From positions 79,112,001 to 79,176,000 of the forward strand of contig NC_043001.1 in NCBI RefSeq assembly GCF_006345805.1: 64,000 nucleotides of DNA, read 5' to 3'. Positions 25,226-39,159 of this stretch are shown here, in pieces. Source of the stretch: Octopus sinensis (lineage: Eukaryota). The position numbers and the translations under genes were made by a program. Position 1 is the first letter of the stretch. The number at the start of each line of letters is the position of its first letter. Below the pieces are notes generated by a model. It had not been told where the DNA came from. It worked only from the letters and a program-made list of their open reading frames with translations, and did no database searches.

Positions 25226-26089
25226 ATAGATGAAAATAAATATCACATACAGATTTGTTTGTAGTTCAGCTGATATTAATGTTTCCTTTGGGTAAATTTC
25301 AAATAACCGCTAATATTTATTATTTGATCAATACTAGAGCTTTAAAATATTGTGGAGAACCATTTCTCCTCGTACTAAGAGCAATGGTACTAACATATAT
25401 AGCTCTAAAGGAAGTTGGTAATTAATAAAATAATTATTTATATACTTACAAATTCATTACCGTTTCATGTAATACCTACTCGTATATATATTCTTTAATA
25501 AAGTAAATTAGTATACATAGCGTTTAAAGTTGGAAACTAATTCTAGATCGGATGTTTAAGTGAAAGATAAATGAAATGAACGTAACGTGAGAGGTATTTA
25601 TAAGAATTTATATCACGTTTTGTTATCCTGCTATGTACACATTATTTAGTTGTATGTTTTAAACATTTGTTTTGCAATAAAGAACCATATAATTTGTAAA
25701 AGTACATTCCCGATTTACTGGCTTTCTTTCATAGTACTGAAAAACAAATATGTATGTATGTATATATGTATATACATACGTATATATATATATAACAATT
25801 TAATAAATAAAACATACATACATATATGTACATACCTACATCTATATGTATATATACATGCATATATGAGTACAGGACACCACAAATAAACGTAGAGCAC
25901 AACGAGAAACCAAAACATAAAAGGAAACGGACTTTTTTAACAACGAAAAAACAGAGTACAAGACAAACAATACAAGGAATATTCCCCTTCTTCAGCTGCC
26001 CCTGTTTCGACTCAATGCGTGTTTCGAATTTCTTCTTCTCCAAGTAAGTTTTATATATATATATCATGGATGCCCACGACCTGACGGGA

Positions 26090-27722
26090 TGCATAATAGG
26101 TAGAAAGGGTGTAATGTTCCTATACACATCCATTGATCTTTATTTTGCTGTGGAAAAATGTGTGGAGGCGATGAGCGCGAGTGATGTGGCTTTTCTTAGT
26201 GTCGACACTGAAGAACTAGATCTCCTCCTGAGACTGACATGCGAAAATGAGTACTTAGATAAACATGACCTTAGTTGTTTCTGCCCCATTAGATCAGTAA
26301 GAGGTAGAAAGCCCACTATAACTTCTATACTCCGCCCAAAGGGAGATGGAACGGGTGGACCAGAATTATGCGAACCCCCGAAAATAGTGTTCAGGTTAAA
26401 AGGATGGGCTTGGTACTCGCGTGTACCAAGAACACACTCGAAGTCCATATATTTACGTTTAATAGCAAGATACACCTTCCAAGAGGAAGGTGCAGACGTA
26501 GGTGTGAGTATTGCCGACGATGTGGCATGGTGGATAGGAGACTTAAAGAGAAGTTAGCAGAGAACTCCATTAACCTAACCATGAACTCCCGCTACGTGGA
26601 CGATATGAACACAGCAACCAGAGCATTCCTACAAGGCAATGTTGATGATCTCGAAACTAACACCATGGAGAGCATTTAGCAAATATCTATCTCCATCTAC
26701 CGGAGTATAGAAATAACGATAGACTACCCTAGTAAGCACCCTAACTCTTGATTACCCGTTTTACACACTGATCTCTGGCTAGAAACGAAGAACGATAAGG
26801 TTCAGATCCTTCATTCTCATTATGCCAAACCCATGGCCTCTAAGTAGCCTGTTCAAAAGAACGCAGTGATTGTGGACAACGCTAACTTCAACATTCTGAT
26901 AGCTGACTTGATGAGAGTGATGAGGAATGTGTCTCGCATGTGCAGCCCTATGGAATTGGAAAGAAACACACAACACTTCATCCGCCGCATGCAGTTCTCT
27001 GGCTACAACAAAAGAAACAGGATTAGAGTGTACAAAGGAGCCAGGACTAAGTACAAAGCCATCATAGACATTGATGCTAAGGTGATCTGCCCGCTGCACA
27101 GGAGCAGATCCTAGAAGAGCACAGAAAAGACCAGTGATAAGATAAATAAAGTCAACACTTGGTATGACAACAAATCATAGCAGGGTGTCATGTTCGTTGA
27201 TGCTACCCCTGGCGGCGAACTAGGAGACCTTTTAAGAAAAACATTAAGGCTAATCTATGAATTAAAGTAGTGGAGGGGTCTGGTGCCCCTTTAAAATCAC
27301 TGATCTGCAATACCTATCCCTTTGATAAGTCTCCCTGTGCGGAGTACAATTCTGTTGTATGTAAGATGAACCCATAGGTTAACTGTATGGTTACAAATGT
27401 AGTGTATAGCTTACGATGTACTGAGGGACGATGCAGAAATATGAGAACTACCTACCTTGGAGAAACTGCACGCAGCTTAGGAGATCGTATTGGTGGATAT
27501 TGGCGAGAGCTCAAAGAAGAGAAAAGCTCGTCAATGTTCTGCCAACATGCTCAGGTAGAACATGGAAGCTCGATTAATAGCATAGATGTTAAAGTACTAT
27601 TGACACATAGAACTGACACAACACGTAGACAGATTATAGAAGCTACACACTTAACTGTAGACAGATGGAGTTTCAATAGAAAACATGAATGGAAGAGTAA
27701 CACCCACCACCACACCACATGA
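26090..27722 (+). pseudogene. Penelope-like element (RT plus GIY-YIG), 5'-truncated and decayed
   Basis: IIG..V.FLYTSID, FQEEGADVGVSIA, RYVDDMN (RT catalytic motif), ADLMRVMRNVSRMC, NCMVTNVVYSLRC..YLGETARSLGDRI...RRQIIEA...NRKHEW. Confidence 0.9.
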
Positions 27723-28757
27723 CTAAAGAGAGTAGGGATGTGTAGAGAAAGGGATAGGGAAAAGAAAAAGAAAAACCCATAAATAATACACAGACACATA
27801 CAGAGTAATACACTCACAATAGACATATATGCACTTACCTGTGATATTTATAAGAATAGAGATAGATGTATAAAAAAAATAAATACGTAATATAATATAT
27901 ATATATATATATATTATCTATATATATATATTATATAATATATATATATATAATTTCTTCATGGGTTATTTATAATTTTTAAATACAAGTACGCTGGTCG
28001 CTAAGAAAGTAAGAAAAAAAGACGTGGAAAAAACATGGTACAAAAAAACCGGAACACGAAAAAGAACGAAATCAAGAATTATAATCTTCATCTTCCTTGA
28101 TTGAAGAACTGTTATTAAGTACAACTGGTTTAGAACACAATAACGGAAGATATGTCTATATATACGTTCACGCGCAAACACATGAATATGTGCATAGATA
28201 TATATGATATATATGTGTGTGTCTTTGTGCATGCATACATAAGACAAATAGACACACAGACACACAGACGCACACACATATATATTTACATTACTGACAT
28301 TATAAGTATGAAAAACTTTCGAGAGAATGTAAAATAATTCATATATATATATTTCTTTTAATTGATTCACGAAGCACAGCAATGCTGCATGTAAACATCG
28401 GGTGAAAAAGTCGAAGGCTGTCTGTAGGACTGGGTGCCATGCCTGGAGAAGATGTGGGTTCGAATCAAGTTCCATTGGCTGCCGTTGAGTATTTTTATCC
28501 CAAACATTTCTACAACTCAAGATCTACATCCTATTATTCATAGTATTCAGGTTCCCCGAGAACTAATTCCAAAAGAAATATATATAGCTGAAATAGAGGG
28601 ATAGGTAAAATCTAGGCTAAATATATTTCCTTATCAGCAGATCTGATGAAATAATTACTCAATGAGGGGTACTCAGCTGGCTTATTACATGCAGGTTACT
28701 TGCCAGAACAGATAAAACAGAAACAAATATTTGAAAAATATAGTGGTCAATAAGTGC

Positions 28758-28803
<46 letters not shown>

Positions 28804-29148
28804 GCACGTGCATAAATCCACATACAGGTGCAGACCATGTATAGGGTGGGTTATTTCGATATATATATATATATATATATGTGTTGTGTGTGTGTGTGTG
28901 TAAAATATATATAAATTAGAGAAAAACCACTATTATATAATTCAAACAATGATGGACGTAAACCAAATCATAAAGAAAAAATAAAATATATTATATATTA
29001 TAAAACATTACTAGATCACAAAATGTTCAAAAAATGAATAAGCAATATATAATAAATAAAAATATATTCTATATTTATATTGTGAAATTTGATTTAATAC
29101 TAAATTGAATTTTTCCCTGTAAGTTTGGAGTTATACTCTCTAATATTA

Positions 29149-29254
<106 letters not shown>

Positions 29255-29536
29255 TATAATATTTTCGTTGCCATCATAAAATGAAACTCAAGCGCTCCAG
29301 TCGTGAACTGAGAAATTCTCTCGGATTATCTATAATCCGTTCGAAGTATGTCCTCTTCCTTTCCCTTTCTAAAATGAATATGCCGTTTCTATTACATGTT
29401 CTAGTTGTTGATGTGTAGCTTAGTGTAATCCCTATCGATCAGTCCAGTGATTAGGAACTTTACAACTGTAGAAATTTCATCTTGATATAATTTCTACCTC
29501 TTTATATTATTAGTACCTAATACGTTGCTAGCATAC

Positions 29537-29749
29537 AAGGTGGCGTGTTGGCAGAATCCTTAGCACGCGAGGCAGAATACTTAACGGTGTTTCGTCCATA
29601 TATCCTTTCTGAATTCAAATTCCGCCGACATCGCTTTCGCCTTTTTTTTTTCGAGGTCGATAAAATAAGTACCAGTCGAGTACAGTAGTCGATATAATAG
29701 ACACACTCCTTTCCTTGAATTTTCTGGCTTTGTGCCAAAATCTGAAACT
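29537..29749 (+). mobile_element. SINE A with the third tail variant (A3, TGGC-TTTGT-GCCA AAATCTGAAA)
   Basis: Family A head and body followed by CTGGCTTTGTGCCAAAATCTGAAAC. Confidence 0.7.
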
Positions 29750-29989
29750 TATGTTGCTAACATGTTTTAAAGACTACGATATGATTCCAGACAGGTTTCC
29801 TTGTCCTAAGGGAGACAAATGTATGACTCAGTTACTTGCGCATTTTATCATTTATCTCTTGCTTATGGTATTCATTGGGATGCAGTTTCGCTGGGGAACA
29901 TCCTTGAAGGGTGTATCGAACAAATGGAATCCATTACATTCATTATTTTTTTTGTTACATATGTACTTATTCAATCAGTTTCTATTGCC

Positions 29990-30290
29990 AACGTGCTAAG
30001 TTACTGGGACATAAAGAAACTCAACAGTCCATCAAGCGGTAAAGGAGAACAGATACAATACAAAGATACACGTGAAACACACGCTCACACGCGCTCACGT
30101 CATTTCACATTCACACACACATATACACACGATGGGCTTCTTTTAGTTTATATCTACAAAATCCGCTCACAAGACTTTGGTCCACCCGAAGTAATTGTAG
30201 AAGACACTTTCCCAATGTTACTGCGCTGAGGGTGTGAACGCAAGACCACGCGATTGGAAAGTATGCTACTGCATTACGCAACCGCAGCTG
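29990..30290 (-). mobile_element. SINE family B copy, diverged
   Basis: GCTAAGTTACTGGGACATAAA, internal CA tract, ATGGGCTTCTTTTAGTT..CTACAAAATCCGCTCACAAG. Confidence 0.6.
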
Positions 30291-31104
30291 TTATCGATGA
30301 TGGCAGTGTCTGTTGGAAAGTTATTGGAGGAAGACGAAAGAAATCCTGAAATCTATATGTGTCAGAACGAGAGAGAGAGAAGCGGGGTGAGAGAGAGAGA
30401 CAGATAAGACAAAAATAGACAGAAAGACAATGAGAGAGAGTGTGTGAGACAGAAACACCGCGACAGAGACAGAGACAGGGGGTAAGAGAGAGAGAGGAAA
30501 GAGAGAGAGAGAGAGGAAAGAGAGAGAGAGAGAGGAAAGAGAGAGAGGAAAGAGAGAGAGGAAAGAGACAGAGAGAGAGGAAAGAGATTGAGAGAGAGAG
30601 ACAAACAGACAAATTACTGGTTCTTCAGAATTTGAGTTTATGAAGGCTTCTGTTTGAAGATAATTTTGAACATTCACATCAATTTAGATTAGACAAATCG
30701 TAGATATGTAGCAATTTTTTGCAGTGTTCCTTATCGTTTTCGTCATTATACATGCAACAAAGCGTCTAAAGGACTACAAGGGTGTTTCGAGATAATGATC
30801 ATTACTTCAATGATGGAGTTGAAAGGACATATCGAAGGTTCAGATATGGTCTCCAGTCAAACTGGTAAAACGATCTTGTATGATAAATTTGTTGACGAAG
30901 ATAGTGGATATAAAATTTCACGGATATGGTTCCTGCTTGTTTACTTGATGTTTTAAACGTTTTAGGATGAGGGTGGGCAAATACTTTCCTTTGATTAAGC
31001 GCGAATCAGATTGACCAATCGTCACTGATGCAGAGTGCGCTAATTGAAAGCGGAATTTTGAAGTCCGAGCAGGATTATTTAGGATGTCAAAAATATAACA
31101 AGAT

Positions 31105-31380
31105 TGTATCATCATCATCATCATCATCATAAGCAGCAGCATCGTCGTCGTCGTCGACGGCGTCGTTGTCGTCGTCTTTGTCGTTGTCGTCATTACCATC
31201 ATCATCGTCTTTACCATCATCATCGTCATTATCATCGTCATCATCATCATCATCATCATCACCACCACCATCATCATCATCATCATCATAATCATCATCA
31301 TCAACATCATCATCATCATCATCATCATCGTCGTCATCATTATCATCAACATCATCAATGCAGTCGTCGTCGTCGTCGTT
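31105..31380. repeat. Compound (CAT)n/(CGT)n trinucleotide array
   Basis: Visible directly; accounts for the poly-His, poly-Asp and poly-Met ORFs. Confidence 0.9.
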
Positions 31381-31419
31381 GGGCTTACAATCGTGATCTT
31401 GTATGTTCCCTTCCCGAAC

Positions 31420-31700
31420 CGATCTGTGTGTTGTGATCTTGAGCAAGACACTTTATTTCTCGTTGCTGCAGTTCACTGATATGTAGAAATGAAATGCGAC
31501 ATCACTGGTACCAAGCTGTATCGGCCCTTGCCTTTCTCTCGGATAACATCGGTGGCATGGAGAAGAGAGGCTGGTGTATATGGCCGACTGCTGATCTTCA
31601 ATGAAAAAAAAAAAAACTAGCCCTAACTTGTGTTTCGGATGGGGACATTCTAGGTGCAATCCTATGGTAATTTGAGACTGAAGGGAGTCTAAGAAGGTGA
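31420..31700 (+). mobile_element. SINE family C copy
   Basis: Homologous to the reverse complement of 47730-48003 (TTGAGCAAG.CACTTTATTTC.CGTTGCT.CAGTTCACT...TTCTAGGTGCAATCC.ATGGT). Confidence 0.7.
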
Positions 31701-31847
31701 TTGCGCAGAATCGTTATCGCGTCTGCAAGAATATTTAACACTATTTTGTCCATGTTTACTTTCTTCAAATTCCACAGCGGCTAACCCCTTTCGTTCTTTT
31801 CAGGTCGATTATATACGTACCAGTCAAATACTGGTGTCGATGTATTT

Positions 31848-32052
31848 GAGCTGGCAGAATCGTTAGCACACCGAGCAAAATGGTAATCGGCATTACGTTC
31901 GTCGCTACGTTCTGAGTTTCAAATTCCACCGAGGTCGACGTTGCCATTTATCCTTCGGGGTGGGTAATTAAATACCAGTGAAATGCTGGGATCAATATAA
32001 TCGACTAGTACCCTCCCCCACATGTTCAGGCCTTGTGCCTATAATAGAAAGG

Positions 32053-32125
<73 letters not shown>
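31848..32125 (+). mobile_element. SINE A2 with a long (ATT)n tail
   Basis: Head GAGCTGGCAGAATCGTTAGCAC and tail AGGCCTTGTGCCTATAATAGAAAGG(ATT)n. Confidence 0.85.
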
Positions 32126-32126
<1 letters not shown>

Positions 32127-32810
32127 GTAATTCCGCCCATGTCGACTTTGAATTTTATCATTACGTGGTCGATAAAATAAGTACCATTTGAATACTGGGG
32201 TCGATGCAATCGACTATGCAACTTCACTCAAGTTGCTGGGCGTAACACCAAAATTTGAAATCATTACATCATCATCATCGTCGTCGTTGTCGTCGTCGTC
32301 ATCATCACCATCATCATCAGTAATGGCGGCTGAAACACCAGTAGTTGCGGTAGTTTTGAGGATGGTGATTCTAGTAGCATCATCATCATCATCAGCAGCA
32401 GCAGCAGCAACAGCAGCAGTTCAGTGTAAATTGTGCATTTGACACCTGACCTTCATTCTAGGCTCTTGAATATTATTCGGTGCTCCTGAATGCAAAGATT
32501 ATCAACGTTTGTCAACTAGAACATTATATATGTAAAAAAATAATTAAAAAAAACTAAAGACACAAAACAAAAACTAAACTCTGAAAAAGTGAAAAGGCAA
32601 ACAACTCAGCGAACGATATTTATACGCGATAAATTCGAATAACGAAGATACATTTAAGTATACTTAGTTCGTGAAAACATAACCAAATGTTTCCTGATGT
32701 TTAAGAGAAATGCAAACAGCTATAACCTCAATATTTACGACATTAATATCAAACAAATAAGTAAGAGCTATACCAACAATGTTAATAAAGAAATGCAAAA
32801 CAATATATAT

Positions 32811-32842
<32 letters not shown>

Positions 32843-33029
32843 GGGGATGTGATGACATCAAATGTGGAGCAATAATATGTAATGTTGAAACAACGGTTTT
32901 ATGACCTCATAACACGAACATACACTACATTGCTTAACAGGCAGTTCATCTGTAATACAGTAATAACGGAGCAGTAATACTGGACTTATATAACAAATAA
33001 TAATGATGATGATGATGATGATGTTGATC

Positions 33030-33089
<60 letters not shown>

Positions 33090-33595
33090 GCAACATATGT
33101 GAATTAATAAACAGAATATCTGAGCCGGATAGATGCAATAATGTTAAGAATTGAAATTACAGGTAGGAACAGCTGAAAGACCAACATATGGAAGTAAATA
33201 AGAATACTAACAACAGTAAGTGTGAGTCACATTATATAACTATTTGAATATAAATTCAATGTGAATAAGAATGAAGTGCAGAATAGTATCCAGGAAGTAC
33301 AAACGCAGTAGTTCAAAAACAAATTTACTGAGACATGGTGAATAACTTCAGATTATATTTACTAAATGGTGCATTTTATATGTGTACACATACATAGACA
33401 CAAACCCAAGGAACTGGACATTTTTCTTAAACAACAAAAAAATAGAGTACAGGACAAATAACACAAGGAAAAAAACACTTCTTCAGTCGCCATGGTTTCA
33501 TCTATTCTACGTTCGAAGGTGATAGTATATATATATATATTATATTATTATATATATTATATATATATATATATATATTATATAATATATATATA

Positions 33596-34150
33596 CTAGC
33601 AGTATCGCCGGCGTTGCTCGGGTTTGTAAGGGAAATAACTATATACATTTTTAGAGAGTTATAGCCAAAAAATAGCAAAAAAAATGCATTAATACTGGAA
33701 AAAAAAATTATGTAAATTTTTTTTTAAATCGTTGAGTCATCGTAGACATTTTCTGTTTTGGTGTCTTCAAGCCATGAAGTCGTTGTTCTAAAGAACGCTG
33801 GTTTCCTTCACAAGCATTACGACGTTCATTTCTTACACTCCCTTCCCCACAGCTTCACGAGGGAGGAAGGGGGAGAAGCAAACAGGTGCAGCTGTGAGCG
33901 TGGACGCCAACTCCGCCGCCATCGCCACACGATGCATTTATGCATTAAAATGGAATAAAAAATGATGTTAAATTATTTTTAAAATCGTAGACTCATCGTT
34001 GACGCGCGCTAATAGTCAGCCGGGCTCGATATGAATCACGACTATAAGATACCCGAATTTGGTTAAACTGCACCGCAAAATGTGGGAGGAGTTAGGAATC
34101 TAAATCGAAGGGGACAGACACTCACACAACTAGAGTTTTATATATATAGA
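33596..34150 (-). mobile_element. Non-autonomous Helitron
   Basis: Minus strand reads A|TC...GAGCAACGCCGGCGATACTGCTAG|T and is homologous to the plus copy at 34284-34788. Confidence 0.8.
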
Positions 34151-34283
34151 TATAGGGAGGAAAAATTTGTCAACAAACAGCCATGGGCCACGAATTCACA
34201 GAGACTCCGGCTGAGAGCATCACTGTTAAGCTAAACTACCTGCTAACAAATTTAGCTATTAAAAAGCTAAATACACAACAATA

Positions 34284-34788
34284 TCTATATATATAAAACT
34301 CTAGTTGTGTGAGTGTCTGTCCCCTTCGATTTAGATTCCTAACTCCTCCCACATTTTGCGGTGCAGTTTAACCAAATTCGGGTATCTTATAGTCGTGATT
34401 CATATCGAGCCCGTCTGAGTATTAGCGCGCGTCAACGATGAGTCTCCGATTTTAAAAATAATTTAACATCATTTTTTATTCCACTTTAATGCATAAAATG
34501 CATCGTATGTCGATGGCGGCGGAGGTCTTGGCGTCCACGCTCACAGCTGCACCTGTTTGCTTCTCCCCTTCCCTCCCTCGTGAAGCTGTGGGGAAGGGAG
34601 TGTAAAGAAATGAACTCGTAATGCGTTGTGAAGGAAACAGCGTTCTTTTAGAACAACGACTTCATGGCTTGAAGACACCAAAACAAAATGGTTAAGAAAG
34701 CCCGAATTTATAAGGGAAGTAACTCTCTAAAAATGCTTATATAGTTATTTCACTTACAAACCCGAGCAACGCCGGGCGATACTGCTAG
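34284..34788 (+). mobile_element. Non-autonomous Helitron
   Basis: A|TCTATATATATAAAACTCTAG...GAGCAACGCCGGGCGATACTGCTAG|T. Confidence 0.82.
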
Positions 34789-34884
34789 TATATATATAAA
34801 ATATAAATATAAGCAAACATTTGCTTTTATAAACGTCAAAATTGAGTATTGTACGATACAAATAAAATTTGTATATATACCAAT

Positions 34885-35188
34885 GCCTTGTGAGTGGATT
34901 TGGTAGACGGAAACTGAAAGAAGCCCGTCGTATATATGTATATATATTATATATGTATGTGTGTGTGTTTGTGTGTCGGTGTTTGTCCCCTAGAATTGCT
35001 TGACAACCGATGCTGGTGTTTTTACGTCCCCGTCACTTAGCGGTTCGGCAAAAAGAGACCGATAGAATAAGTACTGGGCTTACAAAGAATAAGTCCCGGG
35101 GTCGATTTGCTCAACTAAAGGCGGTGCTCCAGCATGGCCGCAGTCAAATGACTGAAACAAGTAAAAGAGTAAAAGAGAGTAAAAGAGT
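34885..35188 (+). mobile_element. SINE family B, 5'-truncated and well conserved
   Basis: Body, internal TA/GT tract, and tail GGCGGTGCTCCAGCATGGCCGCAGTCAAATGACTGAAACAAG(TAAAAGAG)n. Confidence 0.88.
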
Positions 35189-35285
35189 ATATATATATAA
35201 AATATATATATACTGTACTTCGTTACATACATGCATACATACATATATATATATAAGTATATATATATATATATATATTATATAT

Positions 35286-35345
<60 letters not shown>

Positions 35346-36202
35346 CCACTTGGTGCCGCTCTGATAAAATTCCACTCAATCATAATCAACTGCAAATATT
35401 GCGTATGTCTTCACATGAAATTGTTTACGAGCAACGGCATCAGAAACTGGATGGTACCGCGATTATTGTAACTGATAATAAAGATATTGTACTTAATTGA
35501 ATCTTTGCGTTCTTGCATGTATCATATGTGGTGGGTAGAGACACTTGGCCAAGAGGCTATGGTGTTACGTTACACTCATGATCGCAAGGCTCTTGTTTCA
35601 ACTCTCCGACCGGTTGCCATGTTGTGTAATTAAACAAAACACTTAATCCCTCGTTCCTCTGAGATCATTTCGACACCTGACGTGTAGTACACGAAGAACC
35701 TAGTCAGGCAACGTCAATTTGATGGAGGCAAGGAGCTAAAGAATAGCACAAAAATTTGGTCACTATAAACAAATCACTTGTGGATGATACTCAGTAAAAT
35801 ATTGTAGAACTCTGTTTTTGGAACCAAGAGAGGCTACCCAGTATAGCACACACACACACACATACACACACACATATGTAGATAGATTATTTTATTTTTT
35901 ACTTGTTTCAGTCATTTCACTGCGGCCGTGCTCGAGCACTGTCTCAAAGGATTTTAGCCGACTAAATCGACCCCAGGGATTATTCGATCGGTATCTGTGG
36001 CCTCACCGCTACGTTACGGGGATATAAGCACACCAGTATCAATAGTCAACCGATGACGGAGGATAAACACAGACAGACAGACAGACAGACACAGACACAC
36101 AGACACACAAACACATACACACACAAATGCGGATTTTCAGTTGTATAAATATATATATATATATACGGTGACAAACATATATTTATACACACACACGCAC
36201 AT

Positions 36203-36264
<62 letters not shown>

Positions 36265-37848
36265 CTGTATGTGTGTATATATAAATGAGTAATATGTATG
36301 GAAATATGCGTTCAATATGAGTGTATTACTGTCGCTCTTGTAATGTGGAAGCTGAGATCACTAGGCGAATAGGTAAATATTGATCTTTTCTGGAATATGT
36401 GTTGCAAAAGTCAACTATGTTGTTAAATGAACATTTAGGCCAGCATCGTAGGGTAATATGAAACTTTGGTGTTTCTTGGTTAAAATTAAATATAGTTTCA
36501 GTGAATGAGATGTTAGTATTATCTTTCAGTATTTGTTGAAGTGGCGGCATTTACTAAATATATCTCATCTAAAATTCTTTTGTATTGTCAGTATAAGGCT
36601 CCTCTTAGCTATAGAAAACTCGCGTTTTTAATTCTCTGTGTTATGTGTTCTTGTAACTTCTACTTGATAATAGATTTAACAATATATTTTTACAAACACC
36701 ATCTGCAGTATATATTGTCTGATGAACCAGCGAACACACAGCAGAAATCCAGAATAAAAATACACTGATTCGACCAACACAGACATATTTGATTATATTA
36801 TATTTTTGTACTCCTTCTATATATTTCTTTAAATGATTATTTAAGTATTCACTATTGAAATATGCATCCATCTCTAGTATAAACATTTTTTACGTTTGCC
36901 GTTAATCCTTTCCACATCTAAAGTTTTTTGATAAGTTTGCCCTAATCATCTATGATTGTTTTCAGACATTTAGTTATCTCTTGCTTCATTAGTTCCCAAT
37001 AATATAAAGTTTTCCTTTCAAAAACGCTAGTTACACTGGTGATAAAAAAAGTAGGAAAGTGTATCGTGTGAAACACAGAAGAGGAAAGGTGTTAAAGCCT
37101 GTTAACATGAAAATATCTGTTTCATAAATAATAGCTTCGTTATTGCATGAATTGTGTTTCTGCATGAGGATTTAACTTAATTTTAATATTGCCACATATT
37201 TCATGGACCTCTTGACAAACTGGTACTCTGAAACGAGAGCTGATTTCAAAGGCCTATATCTGGAATCTGAAAATTGATTTGCACTATTAGACTGACTGTT
37301 ATAGAATGATATGTGCGGCAGATTTTCTATCAGAAAGCACGCCGTTAAAAATGTATGTAAAGATATTTTCTCGTCCGCTAACTTATAACGTTTTATTATA
37401 GTAGGAAGCTAATTTAATGCAGGGTTGTGGGGGAATGTATGGACGGGGGATGTGTGGAAATCTACCTGAGAAGGATAAACGATTGAAAATGGGGAAAAAT
37501 AATGAAACGAAGAGGAACAAATTGCATCCTTTTTTAAAATGCTATTCACGATATGATAGCGGTATATACATATTACACACATGATAACAATATTTACATA
37601 TATGTGTGTGTGTGTGTGAAAGAGACAGATAGAGAGAGAGAATGTGAGTGTGTGTGCTTGTGTGTGTGAGTGAGTGTCTATGTGTGTGGGTTGAGTGTGT
37701 ATGTATATGTAAAAGTACTACATTATATGTGTGTGTGTGTGTGAATATACATATATATATAAATATATAGCAATATTGATTATTATACATCGATACACAC
37801 AGACACACACGCATATAAGAAAGAAAATGGAATTCGCGAGATTATTAT

Positions 37849-37951
37849 TCACTACAATCGTTTCGACACCTCGTTCACTTGTGCCTCAAGTTTGAGATGC
37901 TGTACGAACAGTTTTACTGCCTCATAGTTGTGGATGTCTCTCATCAGGTGA
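37849..37951 (-). ncRNA. Type I hammerhead ribozyme candidate
   Basis: Minus strand reads TCAC-CTGATGA-(GA)GACATC...GGTGTC-GAAA-CGATTG-TA-GTGA. Stem I has 4 bp, stem II has 6 bp, and the cleavage triplet is GUA. Confidence 0.65.
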
Positions 37952-38193
37952 CTTGTCAAAAAGTACATCGTTAAAGTACATCATTATTTATATCTCCGTT
38001 TTGCTTATTTGTATTAGAATACATTCTGGTAGTTGTCATGAGCTACACGTCTACACGAAGCACTGGGTTATAACGCATAACAGAAGTTCTATGTATCAGA
38101 AAGCACGTTGTAAAAATGTATATAGATTGATAGGTAGGTAGGTAGGTAGTAGATAGGTATGTATGTATGTTATGTATGTATGTATGTATGTAA

Positions 38194-38241
<48 letters not shown>

Positions 38242-38504
38242 ATGCATTTTAGAAGGGCTACAACGGCACAGATTTATTATACATACAAGCATTCACAGAT
38301 ACACACACACATACAGAGATAAATAAATAGATACATGCATACATACATGCATAGATACATACACACACATATACATACGTACATACATTCTCGCATTCCC
38401 GAGCATCAAACTAAAACATCTGCTTGTTGTTTATACACCTGTCTTCGTATTTTGTTTTTCTGTAAATTTCAAATTGATAAATAGGTACATAGATAATTAA
38501 ATAG

Positions 38505-38865
<361 letters not shown>

Positions 38866-39159
38866 ACTTTTTATTGTAGCCACACAGGGCTAAACACAGA
38901 ATAAAAATGGACGAAATACAATGTAGAATTTTTTCTTTTCGAGGTGGGATGGGTGGGGCAAAAAAAAAAAAAACGTTTGATCAATAGGAATCTGTGGGTT
39001 GTGTGGTGTATAAAAAAGCAATATATATATATATATATATAAGGTTCACAGTTTAGGTGTAGCCTTGGAAAGAAAAACCTACAAAAAAGACCAAGGTCTC
39101 CTCAGACAATTCGAAAAAAAACATGAGTAAGTCGCCTTACTTCGCGTTGTCTCTTTTGG

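Noticed and set aside
25985-26045. Hammerhead-like pieces (CTGAAGAAG, CGAAAC) in a repeat also seen at 33430-33530
   Set aside because: The order and spacing do not give a foldable core, and the alternative register needs several core mutations and has no stem I.
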